From an uncultured Eubacteriales bacterium (GTDB lineage: Bacteria; Bacillota; Clostridia; Christensenellales; UBA1242): 64,000 nt of DNA. Both the position numbers and the translations under genes were made by a program. The notes under the pieces were generated by a model. That model saw nothing but the letters and a program-made list of their open reading frames with translations. It did no database searches and was not told where the DNA came from. Shown one piece after another: positions 1 to 8,955 of this stretch (the stretch's first letter is position 1; the number at the start of each line of letters is the position of its first letter). Location: assembly GCA_949841245.1 (NCBI GenBank), contig CATKYT010000002.1:7227-71226 (forward strand), read 5' to 3'.

Positions 1-996
1 CACAACTTGTGGCAAAAATGAAAGCACCGTTCCAACACCACCAAACACAGCAGTGCTTAAAAGTTCATATAACCAAGTTTTTCCAATTGCTCCTTCCACA
101 ACACCTAAAACAGAGTTTGTAAAAAGACCAAGACAACTTTCTAAAATTCCAGAAAGAAAAGCACCAAGAGAAAAGAAAGTTAAATAAAATATTCCCGCCA
201 TTATGGATAAAAAAATAGGAAAACAAAGCCATTTGTTTAAAATAAATTTATCAAACTTGCTTTGTCCATAAACTTTATCTGTGCGTTTAGTGCAATCATT
301 TAAAACAGTTTCAATAAAGTCAAATCTTAATTTAGCCAAGTGTTGTGTGCTGTCTTTTGGAACACTGTTGAAAAGCGTTCCTATTTCAGTTTTTCCATTG
401 TTTAAAAAAAATTTTTCATCTCGTTCATACAATTTAATCAAGTTGTAAAAATCTTTATTTAAGTTTGTTCCTTTCAACAAATTGTCATCCAAATCTTTCA
501 AATAAGGTAATTTTGACAATTTTTTGGGCTTTTTTAGTGCTTTTTTCAAATCATCAAGCCCAATTTTCTTTTCTGCATTAATTCCAATCACAAAAACACC
601 CAATCGTTCACTCAACTTTTTATAGTCAATTTTATAGATTGGTTTTTTGTCTATTTCGTTTACAGCCAAAACCACATCACAACCTTTTTCCAATAAACAC
701 AAAGTAAGATATAAATTCCTTTGCAAATTGTTTTGATCGCAAATGTTTATAATTTTTCTGTCGCTTTCAAAAATCGTCTTAACAGCCACTTCTTCTTCAA
801 AAGAAAGCGGACAAAGCGAATAAATTCCTGGTGTGTCCACAAGGCTGTATTCTTCCCCATCAGCAAAAAATGTCTTAGCCTTAGTGTCAACAGTTACACC
901 ATGCCAATTGCCCACATGTTCATTTGAACGAGTAAGGCTGTTAAACAAAGTTGTTTTCCCAGAATTTGGATTTCCAACAAGCAAAATTTCAGTCAT
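1..996 (-). CDS. feoB: Ferrous iron transport protein B (FeoB), N-terminal part; the gene runs off the window start
   Basis: Hand translation of the minus strand from ATG 996..994 gives MTEILLVGNPNSGKTTLFNSLTRSNEHVGNWHGVTVDTK..DTPG..LAVNEID (GTPase G1/G3/G4 motifs), followed by hydrophobic segments. The frame stays open to position 1. The start overlaps the feoA stop by 8 nt. Confidence 0.85.
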   Translation of the reverse strand, partial: MTEILLVGNPNSGKTTLFNSLTRSNEHVGNWHGVTVDTKAKTFFADGEEYSLVDTPGIYSLCPLSFEEEVAVKTIFESDRKIINICDQNNLQRNLYLTLCLLEKGCDVVLAVNEIDKKPIYKIDYKKLSERLGVFVIGINAEKKIGLDDLKKALKKPKKLSKLPYLKDLDDNLLKGTNLNKDFYNLIKLYERDEKFFLNNGKTEIGTLFNSVPKDSTQHLAKLRFDFIETVLNDCTKRTDKVYGQSKFDKFILNKWLCFPIFLSIMAGIFYLTFFSLGAFLSGILESCLGLFTNSVLGVVEGAIGKTWLYELLSTAVFGGVGTVLSFLPQVV

Positions 997-1219
997 CTTT
1001 CACCTGCACTTTATCCAGCAAACTTGCACGCACGCTTAAAAGATAGCCCCTTATTTGCACAAGAAAAACTTTTTTTGAAAGCGAAGTTGCAACAATTTTT
1101 ACTTTTTGTCCCACAGTGAAACCAAGTTCCCAAAAACGGCGTAAAACACCATCCACTGCATTGTCAAATCGACAAATGGTGTATTGCTTATTTTTCTTAC
1201 ATTTGCTTAAAGGCATCAT
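989..1219 (-). CDS. feoA: FeoA-family small iron transport protein
   Basis: 76-aa ORF; the sequence ..LRRFWELGFTVGQKVKIV.. is FeoA/SH3-like. It sits directly upstream of feoB and overlaps it. Confidence 0.8.
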   Translation of the reverse strand: MMPLSKCKKNKQYTICRFDNAVDGVLRRFWELGFTVGQKVKIVATSLSKKVFLVQIRGYLLSVRASLLDKVQVKDD

Positions 1220-1280
1220 AAAATAATCTATGGACAGGCTTTCATCTTTATTCTTACGACAAATAAAAATCTTAATATTT

Positions 1281-1328
1281 TTTCAATGAATTGTGTAAAA
1301 ACATTTGCTAAACCACAAAATATTGTGT
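1281..1328. promoter_or_regulatory. Two NrdR-box-like 16-mers with centres 32 bp apart
   Basis: 1313..1328 CCACAAAATATTGTGT matches 14/16 positions of the remembered NrdR-box consensus acaCwAtATaTwGtgt. 1281..1296 TTTCAATGAATTGTGT matches 11/16. The proximal box lies in the spacer of the predicted nrdR promoter. Confidence 0.5.
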
Positions 1329-1334
1329 TAAAAT
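1305..1334 (+). promoter_or_regulatory. Predicted sigma-A type promoter of nrdR
   Basis: TTGCTA (1305..1310), 18-nt spacer, extended -10 TGtTAAAAT (1326..1334). SD AAGGAG lies before ATG 1376. Confidence 0.45.
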
Positions 1335-1375
1335 ATTTAAGGATAACAAAAGAATTGTTATAAGGAGAAATTAAA

Positions 1376-1819
1376 ATGAAATGTATATATTGCCAATGTG
1401 AAGAAAGCAAAGTTTTAGATTCAAGAAGCACAGAAGAAACAAATTCAATCAGAAGAAGACGCGAATGTCTTGGATGTGGAAAAAGATTTACAACCTATGA
1501 AACAATTGAAACTGTGCCAATTTTGGTAGTTAAAAAAGATGGAAGTCGCCAAGCATTTAACATTGAAAAAATCAGAAGCGGAATGATAAGGGCTTGTGAA
1601 AAACGCCCTGTTTCCATCTCTCAAATTGACACCATGGCAGAAGATATTGAAAAACAAATTCAAAATTCTTTAAGACAAGAAATTCCATCACAAGAAATTG
1701 GAGAACTTGTTATGCAAAAACTTAAAGCAGTTGACGAAATTGCCTATGTTCGCTTTGCATCTGTCTATCGTCAATTTAAAGATGTTACAAACTTTATTAA
1801 ACTCATCACAGAAATGTAA
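1376..1819 (+). CDS. nrdR: Transcriptional repressor NrdR (zinc ribbon + ATP-cone)
   Basis: MKCIYCQCEESKVLDSR...CLGCGKRFTTYE zinc ribbon followed by ATP-cone-like sequence; 147 aa, a typical length. Confidence 0.92.
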   Translation: MKCIYCQCEESKVLDSRSTEETNSIRRRRECLGCGKRFTTYETIETVPILVVKKDGSRQAFNIEKIRSGMIRACEKRPVSISQIDTMAEDIEKQIQNSLRQEIPSQEIGELVMQKLKAVDEIAYVRFASVYRQFKDVTNFIKLITEM

Positions 1820-1850
1820 TTTCATGATTTACAAACTTTTTAAATAAAAA

Positions 1851-1872
1851 ACAGCCAATTGGCTGTTTTTTT
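1851..1872. terminator. Bidirectional intrinsic terminator between convergent genes
   Basis: Stem ACAGCC/GGCTGT with loop AATT, A-run upstream and T-run downstream. Confidence 0.7.
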
Positions 1873-2368
1873 ATCTTGTATGAATTTCAATTCCACCCTT
1901 ACCACCATTTAAGTCAGGATCTCTTCTTTCAGCAAGTTTTCTTCCGTCAACAAATTCAGATTTAGATTCTTCTCTTGCTTTTTTATTTTCCACATTAAAT
2001 GATTTTTCATCATAAATGTCTTTAATAATTTTGGCAACATCATTCTTGGTCTTCATTGAATTTTCATCTTTTTTAAACATGAATTTGCGAACACGAAATT
2101 TTATATAATCCATTTCAACATCTTTTAAACAAGCAGTAATAATAATTTCAGCTTTTGTTGCATCATTTTGATTGTGACAAAACCCATTATCAACCTTGTT
2201 TATATAATTCTTTGCTATGTTAAATCTTTTATTTTGATCAAATTCATAATGTAAAAGATATGTCAAAAAAGCAAAATAATCTGTCTTACATATGTCTTCA
2301 ACAAACCCTTTGTCAATTGAATTAAACCAAATTTCTCTCAATATTAAAAATTTACTTATCTTAACCAT
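1871..2368 (-). CDS. Hypothetical protein (165 aa), function unknown
   Basis: Clean ORF with its own consensus promoter upstream and a terminator downstream. I recognise no motif. Confidence 0.6.
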   Translation of the reverse strand: MVKISKFLILREIWFNSIDKGFVEDICKTDYFAFLTYLLHYEFDQNKRFNIAKNYINKVDNGFCHNQNDATKAEIIITACLKDVEMDYIKFRVRKFMFKKDENSMKTKNDVAKIIKDIYDEKSFNVENKKAREESKSEFVDGRKLAERRDPDLNGGKGGIEIHTR

Positions 2369-2401
2369 TTAAACTCCTTTGTGTTCTAAACACTAAGTCA
2401 G

Positions 2402-2430
2402 ATTTTAACATATTTCAAACAATTTGTCAA
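2402..2430 (-). promoter_or_regulatory. Consensus sigma-A promoter for ORF 1871..2368
   Basis: The minus strand reads TTGACA (2430..2425), 17 nt, TAAAAT (2407..2402). Confidence 0.55.
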
Positions 2431-2450
2431 TAATCATGAAAAAAACAACT

Positions 2451-2780
2451 CTAAGGTTGTTTTTTATCATTGTTATCTTTGTTTGGAGAACTTAAAATAT
2501 ATGGATTGTTTTTGTTCCCAGGATTAGAAAACAGTTCAACCAGCACAGTGTCTTCACCCACTTTGCAAATCTGACAAAGGGGAATGAAAAGTTCTGTTCC
2601 ACCTTTAAAAACATTCCAAAATGACTTTTCGCCAGGAACAACAATTCCCTGAATGCAACCATTTTCCAAATTAAAAACTATGTCAACAATATGTCCCAGT
2701 CTTCGACCGTCAACAACATTGACAACTTCTTTACACCTAAGTTCCAAAAATGATGTGTCCATGTTTGAAATATATGTCAC
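2451..2780 (-). CDS. YlmC/YmxH-family PRC-barrel protein
   Basis: ELRCKEVVNVVDGRRLGHIVDIVFNLENGCIQGIVVP matches the family pattern (S/C-x-L-x-x-KEVINV-x-DG-x-xLG). The true start may be the internal Met (MDTSFLEL). Confidence 0.7.
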   Translation of the reverse strand: MTYISNMDTSFLELRCKEVVNVVDGRRLGHIVDIVFNLENGCIQGIVVPGEKSFWNVFKGGTELFIPLCQICKVGEDTVLVELFSNPGNKNNPYILSSPNKDNNDKKQP

Positions 2781-2801
2781 ATTATGTCAAAAAAGACTAA
2801 A

Positions 2802-4211
2802 TCAACTGAAAAATTTTATTTTCTTTTCAATCATTTCATCAATGCGGTCGATGTAATCGCCTATAAATTTGCAGTTTGGTTCGCGCTCTATGCGGTTCTG
2901 CAAATTAAACACACGCTTAGAAATTGCCCCAGCACCTATTCCAATGACTGATGAAACATCTTCCATGCTGTCTATGTTGAATATGCACACAGTGTCATCA
3001 CGAAAATAACCGACATTTTCCAAGCCACCAATTTGATGTTTTTGACGATAGATGTAATACGGTTTATAACCATTTTCAATTAAAGTTTTTTCAGCATAAT
3101 CAACCATTTTGACAACATCATTTTTAAACTTAATTTCTTCGCCTTTAATTTTTGCCGCATTTTTAACTGACAAAGTATGAACAGTAATGTTATGCGGATA
3201 AAGTTCCAAAAGGGTGCTTATGGTGCGTTTAAATATGCCAAAGCGTTCTTCTGACAGCCCTGCAATTATGTCCATGTTTACATTAAAATCAAACTCCATA
3301 GCCAACATATAAGCATCTAAAACTTGTTTATTTGTGGTTTTTCTGCCAATTCTTTTAAGAGTAGTTTCGCAAAAAGTTTGTGGATTAATGGAAATGCGTG
3401 TGACACCGTATTTCTTTAAAACTTCCAATTTTTCACGAGTAATTGTGTCTGCTCTGCCACATTCAACAGTAAATTCAGTGACAGGATAAGAAATTTGTGA
3501 CAACAATTTTTCCAATTGCTCGGCAGTCAAAACAGTTGGTGTGCCACCGCCAATGTAAATGGTGCGAACAATATAAGCCTGTTCGGTTATCATCTTTTTA
3601 ACCGCTTCAAGTTCTTTTAAAACCGCATCCAAATAAAGTTCAACTTTGTCCTTAACTGTGCAAAGTTCGTTGGAAATAAACGAACAGTAATTGCAACGCG
3701 ATGGGCAAATAGGAATGTTTATAAACAAATCAACCAATTTGTCATTTTTGATTATGCACTTTTGATTTTTCAAAATTTGCATAACAAGTTTGGCTTTATC
3801 AGAAGAAACATGATAATCTCTCACCAACATTTCAGAAATCAAATGTGGTTTAACTTCCCCGCGTTCCACAAGGTCACGCGCAAATTTTGTTGGTCTTACT
3901 CCGGTAAGAGAACCCCAAGGAAGCGACTTTTTGGAAACAAAAGTCAAAACTTCATAAAGATGATTTTTTAAATTTCGTTTAGTCAAACTTTTTTTAAAAA
4001 GCATATTGTCCGTTTCTGGCAAAACATAATCCTTTTGAAATTGTTTTGACTGTTCACCATAATCCAAAACAATGGTGCTTAAAAGCAAATTGCCATTTGA
4101 TTCAATTTTATGCTCCACAGAAAAAGGCTGGTCACTTTCGTCATAAAACAGATTGACCAAATCTTGCAAATCTTTTTCATATTCATTATAAGAGCATAAC
4201 AATTTCATCAT
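2802..4211 (-). CDS. hemZ: Radical SAM enzyme, HemZ/HemN-like coproporphyrinogen dehydrogenase family
   Basis: CPSRCNYCSF (CxxxCxxC) cluster motif, GGGTPT motif, ~170-aa N-terminal extension, 469 aa. The start overlaps the relA stop (ATGA). Confidence 0.7.
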   Translation of the reverse strand: MMKLLCSYNEYEKDLQDLVNLFYDESDQPFSVEHKIESNGNLLLSTIVLDYGEQSKQFQKDYVLPETDNMLFKKSLTKRNLKNHLYEVLTFVSKKSLPWGSLTGVRPTKFARDLVERGEVKPHLISEMLVRDYHVSSDKAKLVMQILKNQKCIIKNDKLVDLFINIPICPSRCNYCSFISNELCTVKDKVELYLDAVLKELEAVKKMITEQAYIVRTIYIGGGTPTVLTAEQLEKLLSQISYPVTEFTVECGRADTITREKLEVLKKYGVTRISINPQTFCETTLKRIGRKTTNKQVLDAYMLAMEFDFNVNMDIIAGLSEERFGIFKRTISTLLELYPHNITVHTLSVKNAAKIKGEEIKFKNDVVKMVDYAEKTLIENGYKPYYIYRQKHQIGGLENVGYFRDDTVCIFNIDSMEDVSSVIGIGAGAISKRVFNLQNRIEREPNCKFIGDYIDRIDEMIEKKIKFFS

Positions 4212-6292
4212 TCACTCCTGTAAACTTTAATGACATTTTTAATTTGTTCAAAATTATTTATTATAGTGTTTAATTCGTCTTTATTTGAAATTTGAACAGT
4301 TATTTCAAACACAAGTTCGCCATTGATTTCTTTATAAGCAAAGGCTTTCAAATTGTTTTTCAAAGCACGAGAAGCATTGTTTAAAGCATTGACAACCGAA
4401 TTGGAATTTTCTGCAACAACTTTGACTGTGGCAATGAAGTTTGCAACCACACTGTCTTGCCATTCTGCTTTAATCAATCTTTCTTGTTCTAAGTGTTTTA
4501 AATTTGGACATTCTGCTCGATGAATAGTCACACCACGACCATGTGAAATGTAACCAATGATTTCATCACCAGTAACTGGACTGCAACATCCTGCATAACG
4601 AATCAAAAGTCCACTGTCGCCATCAATTAAAACACCTTCTTTATTTCTTTCAACTCTGATGGTGTTCGATTTAAGTTGAGTTGATTTTTCTTTGCTGTAA
4701 AGATTGATAAGTCTGCCAATTACACTTCCTGCTGACAAACTTCCTGCACCAATTTCCGCGTAAAGAACATCCAAATCATCAATCATCATATTTTTGGCAA
4801 TTTGAAGCAGATATTCTTCTTTGGAAGTCTTAGTGAATGTAAGATTTCTTGCTTTAATTTGCTGTTCAACAATCGCCTTTCCAATACGGATGTTTTCGTC
4901 TTTAAGTTCACTCTTAAAAAATGCTTTAATCTTAGACCTTGCACTTGAAGTTTTAACATAAGAAAGCCAATCACGAGATGGACCTTTGCTGTGCTGATTT
5001 GTCAAAATTTCAATTACATCCCCATTTGAAAGCGTGGTTGTAATTGGAACAATTTTTCCATTTATCTTTGCACCAACACAGTTGTTTCCAACATCAGAAT
5101 GAATGGCATAAGCAAAGTCAACAACAGTTGCACCAAGTGGAAATTCCAAAATTTTCCCTTTTGGTGTCTGGACAACAATGGCTTCTCCATATAAATCCAC
5201 TTTCAATGTTTCCAAAAATTCATCAGATGACATTTCATTAGAATTTTCCAAAACTTGTCTGAACCATGCCATTTTTTGGTCAAACTTATTTTGCCCACGG
5301 CGTTTATATTCTTTGTAAATCCAGTGTGCTGCAACACCGTATTCCGATTGTCGATGCATGTCAAATGTGCGAATTTGAATTTCAAGTGGTCTGTTGTTGT
5401 CTGCAACAATTGTGGTGTGCAAAGATTGATAACCATTTGGTTTTGGATTAGCAATGTAATCTTTCACCCTTCCAGGAATTGGTTTATAAATGGCATGAAT
5501 TTTTCCAAGCACCGCATAGCAATCTTCCACAGAATCAACAAGCACTCTCATGGCAATAAGGTCATAAACTTTTCCAAGTGTTATGTTTTTTCTGACCAAC
5601 TTTTTATAGACACTTGAAAAGTGTTTTTGTCGTCCTTGAATTTCACCTTTCTTGCCAATTTCTTCCAAAATTTGTTGCAATTTTTTGCGAGTAAGTTCCA
5701 TTTGCTTTTGGTTATCATCTGCTTTCAAAAGAGCATTATTTTTCAACTGTTCAAAAGCAACTGGTTCCAAAAGTTCAAAACAAAGGTCTTCATAACTTCC
5801 TTTAAATTTTGAAAGTCCCAATCTTTCTGCCAAAGGTGCAAAGATGTCTTTAACCATATTGACAAAACGATTTTCTTGTTCGCTCATAGGATTATGTATT
5901 TGTTGCAAATCATAAAGAATAGTCGCAAATTTGACAATGACAACCCTAAGGTCTTGACAAATGGCGACAAACATTCTTCTGATATCTTCTGCTTCTCCAC
6001 CTTTTGCCAAAGCATCCACATCTTTCAAAATTTTGAAAGTTTCGTAAATTTTTTGCTGCTCGGCATTCAATTTTCCTTTCAAGCCGTCTGCATTTTTTTC
6101 TTCAAATTTTGAAAACTGAAAAAGCACATAAGGCACAAGAAATTCGTTTTGAATGTGATATTCAATCATGGTGTCAATCACAAATTCCAATCTAGGTTGA
6201 TTGATTCTTTTGTCAAGACACAAAGAAATAATTTCTTCGTCTTTTTGATTTAACTTAAAATTTTGTTTAATTTTATTTAAAAGATTTTCCAT
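4208..6292 (-). CDS. relA: Long RelA/SpoT homologue ((p)ppGpp synthetase); the hydrolase domain looks degenerate
   Basis: Synthetase motifs are intact (YDLIAMRVLV, GYQSLHTT, EIQIRT, GVAAHW). TGS (GATVVDFAYAIHSDVG) and a C-terminal ACT-like region are present. HD motifs are missing from the N-terminal domain. Confidence 0.9.
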   Translation of the reverse strand: MENLLNKIKQNFKLNQKDEEIISLCLDKRINQPRLEFVIDTMIEYHIQNEFLVPYVLFQFSKFEEKNADGLKGKLNAEQQKIYETFKILKDVDALAKGGEAEDIRRMFVAICQDLRVVIVKFATILYDLQQIHNPMSEQENRFVNMVKDIFAPLAERLGLSKFKGSYEDLCFELLEPVAFEQLKNNALLKADDNQKQMELTRKKLQQILEEIGKKGEIQGRQKHFSSVYKKLVRKNITLGKVYDLIAMRVLVDSVEDCYAVLGKIHAIYKPIPGRVKDYIANPKPNGYQSLHTTIVADNNRPLEIQIRTFDMHRQSEYGVAAHWIYKEYKRRGQNKFDQKMAWFRQVLENSNEMSSDEFLETLKVDLYGEAIVVQTPKGKILEFPLGATVVDFAYAIHSDVGNNCVGAKINGKIVPITTTLSNGDVIEILTNQHSKGPSRDWLSYVKTSSARSKIKAFFKSELKDENIRIGKAIVEQQIKARNLTFTKTSKEEYLLQIAKNMMIDDLDVLYAEIGAGSLSAGSVIGRLINLYSKEKSTQLKSNTIRVERNKEGVLIDGDSGLLIRYAGCCSPVTGDEIIGYISHGRGVTIHRAECPNLKHLEQERLIKAEWQDSVVANFIATVKVVAENSNSVVNALNNASRALKNNLKAFAYKEINGELVFEITVQISNKDELNTIINNFEQIKNVIKVYRSE

Positions 6293-8643
6293 CAGTTTTT
6301 CTCCGTTGATTTTTTAATCAATAAAAGTTTGTTGTAAAGCAAAGAGTCTGTTAAAGATTTTTTTACATTTTTATTTTGTGTAATTTGAAGATAAGTTTCC
6401 CCACCAACTGAAATTAATTCCAATTGTTTAAAAACCAAAAATGCCACAAAAAATGTGTCAAAATTGATGTTTTCTTTCATTTTTTGCTGATAAACATCAA
6501 AAATAGTGTAACAATTGGCAAAATTTCTTGAAGTCAAAACTTTAAAAACTTTGGCAAAAGTTTCTCTTGAAAGGTCAAGATTGGCATATCTTTCAGTGTC
6601 CATAGTTCTTTCTACAGGAAGGTAAATCTCTGCTTTTGTCACGGTTTGAAGTTCGGCTATAAAACTTTCATCCAAAACAGGAGAAAGAAAGACAATGTGA
6701 TTAAAATTCTTTGCCCAATCTGTTCCTATTGGCGAAAGAAGCAAACTGTTGAAACCACTGCATTCTTCATCAAAAATTCCGATATGATAGATGTTGTCTT
6801 TTGAAAAACTTTTGGAAAAATTGACAAAATCATAAGCCGAATAACACACAAATGCTGTGCCAAAAACACTGTGTTGAGTTCTTGCAACAAACTGCAAAAA
6901 TTGGTCTTTTAAAAAATAAGAAAATTTTGCTGGTCTGTTGTCTTTAAATTCAAGTTGTTGATATTGAATTGGATAAGTGAACATGTGAGCATTTTCCACA
7001 ATAAAACTTCCCATGTCAAATTCATCGACTACACCTTTTTTGCCTTCACCTTGAAATTCAAAAATAAAAGATTTATATCTTGCAAATTTTAAAGCATTAT
7101 AACTCTGAGTAAAATTGAAATAGATAAGTTCCAAATCATCAATTTTAACATCACAATGAGTTGGACAATATTTTCTAGGTTTAATCTCAACATTCTCTGC
7201 ACTTATTCTAAATTTAGGACGAGAATTTCCGCAACCAAAAGGTTCCAACATTTTTAATTCTTCCAGAAATTGGTCAGTAATTTCACTTGATTTTATGTCA
7301 AGATCATAATATTTAATTGGCATAAAGACTTTGTCATTTACTTTTTCAAAAACAAAAGAATTAACTCTGTTGCAAAAGTCTTCATAATTTTTTCTTTTAA
7401 GTGTAAGCCCAGCAGCCATAGTATGCCCACCAAAAGTTTCCAGTATATCTGGCATGCTTGACAAAAGTTCATGAATATTTATGTCATCAATACTTCTTCC
7501 AGAACCATGCAAAATGTCGCCTACCTGTGAAAATAAAAATACAGGTCGATTATACATTTCCACCAATCTTGCACATGCAATTCCCAAAATTCCTTGGTCC
7601 CAAACTTTGGAAGCAAGACAAATAACACGCTTCGAAGAAAGGTCAATTTTAGAAATGGCTTTCTGGCAATCTTCCATTATTTTTGAAGAAAGTTCTTGTC
7701 GCTTTTGATTATGTTTTTTAATTTTGTCAATGTAAGATAAAGCCACTGCAACATCTTCTGTCATGTAAAGCATAAGACTGTCTGCGGCATCTCCCATTCT
7801 TCCAGACGAATTAATTTTAGGTGCAATTTTAAAAGCAATGTCAGTTGAAGTGACACTTGAAAGTGACAATTTGTTGTCTTTAAACAAAAGTTTAAGCCCA
7901 ACAGGCAATTTATCCAAACTTTTAAGCCCGCGTTTAACAATGTTTCTGTTTTCACCTGTAAGTGAAACAATGTCAGCAATGGTGGCAATCGCCGCAATTG
8001 GCAAAAATTCTTCCGCTTTTTTTTGACCTAAAAGTGCTTCTGAAATTTTGTAAGCCAAACCTGTTCCGCACAATTCTGTAAAAGGATAGTCCTGACCTTC
8101 AATTTTTGCATTTAAAACAATTGTGTCTGGAAGCACATCAGGAATTTCATGATGGTCAGTTACACAAATCTCTATGCCTTTTTCCTTGGCATACCTAACT
8201 TCATTTGCACAAGAAATACCACAGTCAACTGTGATAATCAAATCAGGTGCAAATTTTTTTTCAATTTTGTCAATAACATCGCATGTTAAACCATAACCGT
8301 CAACATAACGATTAGGAAGATAATATTGTGCATCGATACCCAGTTTTTTGAGTGTTTTAAGCATTATGGCAGTGGCACTTATTCCATCCACATCATAGTC
8401 GCCAAAAATAAGCACCTTGTCACCAAGTTGTTTTGCCAAATGTATTCTTTCGCACAACTGCTTCATGTTTTTGATTAAAAACGGGTCAAGCAGTTTTCCC
8501 ACTGAAAGATATTCTTCAATTTCTTGTTGATTTGAAAGTCCTTTGGATAAAATTAAATACATTGTAGTTGGCAAAACATTGAATTTCTTAGCATACTCAA
8601 CACACAGGTCGGCATTTTTATTAAAAAACTTTTTGAAAATCAT
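6292..8643 (-). CDS. recJ: Single-stranded-DNA-specific exonuclease RecJ
   Basis: DHH-family motifs (IFGDYDVDGISA, VDCG, VTDHHEIP); 783 aa; the stop overlaps the relA start by 1 nt. Confidence 0.9.
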   Translation of the reverse strand: MIFKKFFNKNADLCVEYAKKFNVLPTTMYLILSKGLSNQQEIEEYLSVGKLLDPFLIKNMKQLCERIHLAKQLGDKVLIFGDYDVDGISATAIMLKTLKKLGIDAQYYLPNRYVDGYGLTCDVIDKIEKKFAPDLIITVDCGISCANEVRYAKEKGIEICVTDHHEIPDVLPDTIVLNAKIEGQDYPFTELCGTGLAYKISEALLGQKKAEEFLPIAAIATIADIVSLTGENRNIVKRGLKSLDKLPVGLKLLFKDNKLSLSSVTSTDIAFKIAPKINSSGRMGDAADSLMLYMTEDVAVALSYIDKIKKHNQKRQELSSKIMEDCQKAISKIDLSSKRVICLASKVWDQGILGIACARLVEMYNRPVFLFSQVGDILHGSGRSIDDINIHELLSSMPDILETFGGHTMAAGLTLKRKNYEDFCNRVNSFVFEKVNDKVFMPIKYYDLDIKSSEITDQFLEELKMLEPFGCGNSRPKFRISAENVEIKPRKYCPTHCDVKIDDLELIYFNFTQSYNALKFARYKSFIFEFQGEGKKGVVDEFDMGSFIVENAHMFTYPIQYQQLEFKDNRPAKFSYFLKDQFLQFVARTQHSVFGTAFVCYSAYDFVNFSKSFSKDNIYHIGIFDEECSGFNSLLLSPIGTDWAKNFNHIVFLSPVLDESFIAELQTVTKAEIYLPVERTMDTERYANLDLSRETFAKVFKVLTSRNFANCYTIFDVYQQKMKENINFDTFFVAFLVFKQLELISVGGETYLQITQNKNVKKSLTDSLLYNKLLLIKKSTEKN

Positions 8644-8763
8644 GTCTTAAACCTTACTTTATAAAGATATTATATAATTTTTTGACACTTTAAGCAAACA
8701 AATTTGTAAATAAATATATATATTTTTTATTTTATAATATTTTATATTTCTTTAATAAATAAT

Positions 8764-8792
8764 TTGACTATTTCGACTTAACATGCTAGAAT
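8764..8792 (+). promoter_or_regulatory. Predicted sigma-A promoter of the aspS-gatCAB operon
   Basis: TTGACT (8764..8769), 17 nt, TAGAAT (8787..8792). Confidence 0.55.
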
Positions 8793-8908
8793 AATGTTGA
8801 AACTTTATGGAGCATAAATGGACAAACAGAATAATCAAAACAACAATAATTTAAGCAGAGATATTTTTTAGAAAATGTTTCTTTTACGCTGTTGTTCTGT
8901 CGTTCAAG

Positions 8909-8937
8909 CGGAGTAGGAGAAAACTATTCCGTTTTTT
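8909..8937 (+). terminator. Terminator-like hairpin inside the aspS leader (possible attenuator)
   Basis: Stem CGGAGTAG/CTATTCCG (8 bp, one G-U), 7-nt loop, then TTTTTT. It ends 18 nt before ATG 8956, just ahead of the AAAGGAG SD. Confidence 0.4.
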
Positions 8938-8955
8938 AATTAAAAGGAGAATTAT

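Noticed and set aside
8807-8854. 15-codon leader-peptide ORF (MEHKWTNRIIKTTII) in the aspS leader
   Set aside because: There is no SD upstream and no Asp/Asn codon enrichment that would make it a plausible attenuation peptide.
8790-8955. T-box riboswitch upstream of aspS
   Set aside because: This was expected for a low-GC Gram-positive aaRS gene, but I find no conserved T-box 14-mer (GGGUGGUACCGCG-like), no UGGN acceptor-pairing bulge and no recognisable stem I or specifier loop. Only a promoter and a terminator-like hairpin are supportable.
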